The notes under the pieces were generated by a model. The model made no database searches. It was not told the DNA's origin and worked only from the letters and a program-made list of their open reading frames with translations. Below, piece by piece: positions 63,474 through 64,000 of a stretch of 64,000 bases of DNA. This stretch comes from Octopus vulgaris (taxonomy: Eukaryota). The stretch lies in NCBI GenBank assembly GCA_951406725.2, contig OX597821.1, positions 93,992,001-94,056,000 of the forward strand, in the 5' to 3' direction. The position numbers and the translations under genes are program-made. Position 1 is the stretch's first letter. The number at the start of each line of letters is the position of its first letter.

Positions 63474-63974
63474 TCAAGCCTCTTCTCCTTATCTCCTCAA
63501 AGACATACAACATCTCGAAAGAGTCCAGAAGCTGGCTACCCGCATGGTTCTTGGTCTCAAGAATTTGTCTTATGAAGAAAGGCTGAAGACGCTCGACCTT
63601 TATTCTCTAGAAAAACGACGCCACCGTGGTGATCTCATTCTTGCTCACAACATCATAAGCGGAAAGTGTAACCTCTCGAAGGAGCTGTTCTTCACTCTTG
63701 CTCCAGAGCGTCGGCTGCGGGGTCACTCCGAAAAGCTCTATCTGCTACGATTTCATCTCAATCGAAGGAGAGGGGCTTTCTTCGTCCGGGTTGCGGATCC
63801 GTGGAATAAGCTGCCGGACGAGATAGTGAAGATGCCGACGACCGCTCAGTTCAAAGTCTCCCTTGACCACAAGTGGCCTGAACTCTTTACATGAACACCA
63901 CCCTGTACATAACTCCATGTCCCCCTACATGGCCTTGCTTTTTGCTTTTTGAGCCAAAAAAATTAACTAACTAA
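63474..63974 (+). mobile_element. CR1-group LINE 3' end
   Basis: LERVQK...LSYEERLKTLDLYSLEKRRHRGDLI...RGHSEKL...FFVRVADPWNKLP; (TAAC)n tail. Confidence 0.88.
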
Positions 63975-64000
63975 CATGTATTCCTTGGGCTGTCTTCTGC

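Overview
AT-rich, repeat-dense animal genomic DNA. The SINE and microsatellite repertoire points to an octopus or other coleoid cephalopod (inference). The whole window lies inside one + strand gene, a DOCK-C family Rac/Cdc42 GEF (DOCK6/7/8 ortholog, closest to DOCK7). Twelve conserved exons (37740-62380) splice in frame with GT-AG boundaries and run from the ARM region into the DHR-2 domain; both gene ends are outside the window. The first ~37.7 kb has no conserved DOCK exon but holds a series of frame-preserving phase-0 candidate cassette exons and microexons (6-243 nt), plus a partial duplicate of one exon that has become a stop-plus-AATAAA exon. Introns contain several SINE families, TTAA (piggyBac-like) and hAT-like MITEs, a Helitron, RTE/CR1 LINE ends, and Penelope-like relics with hammerhead ribozyme motifs (one catalytically intact, antisense). 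Nearly all entries in the ORF track are spurious. All calls were made by eye; repeat boundaries are approximate.
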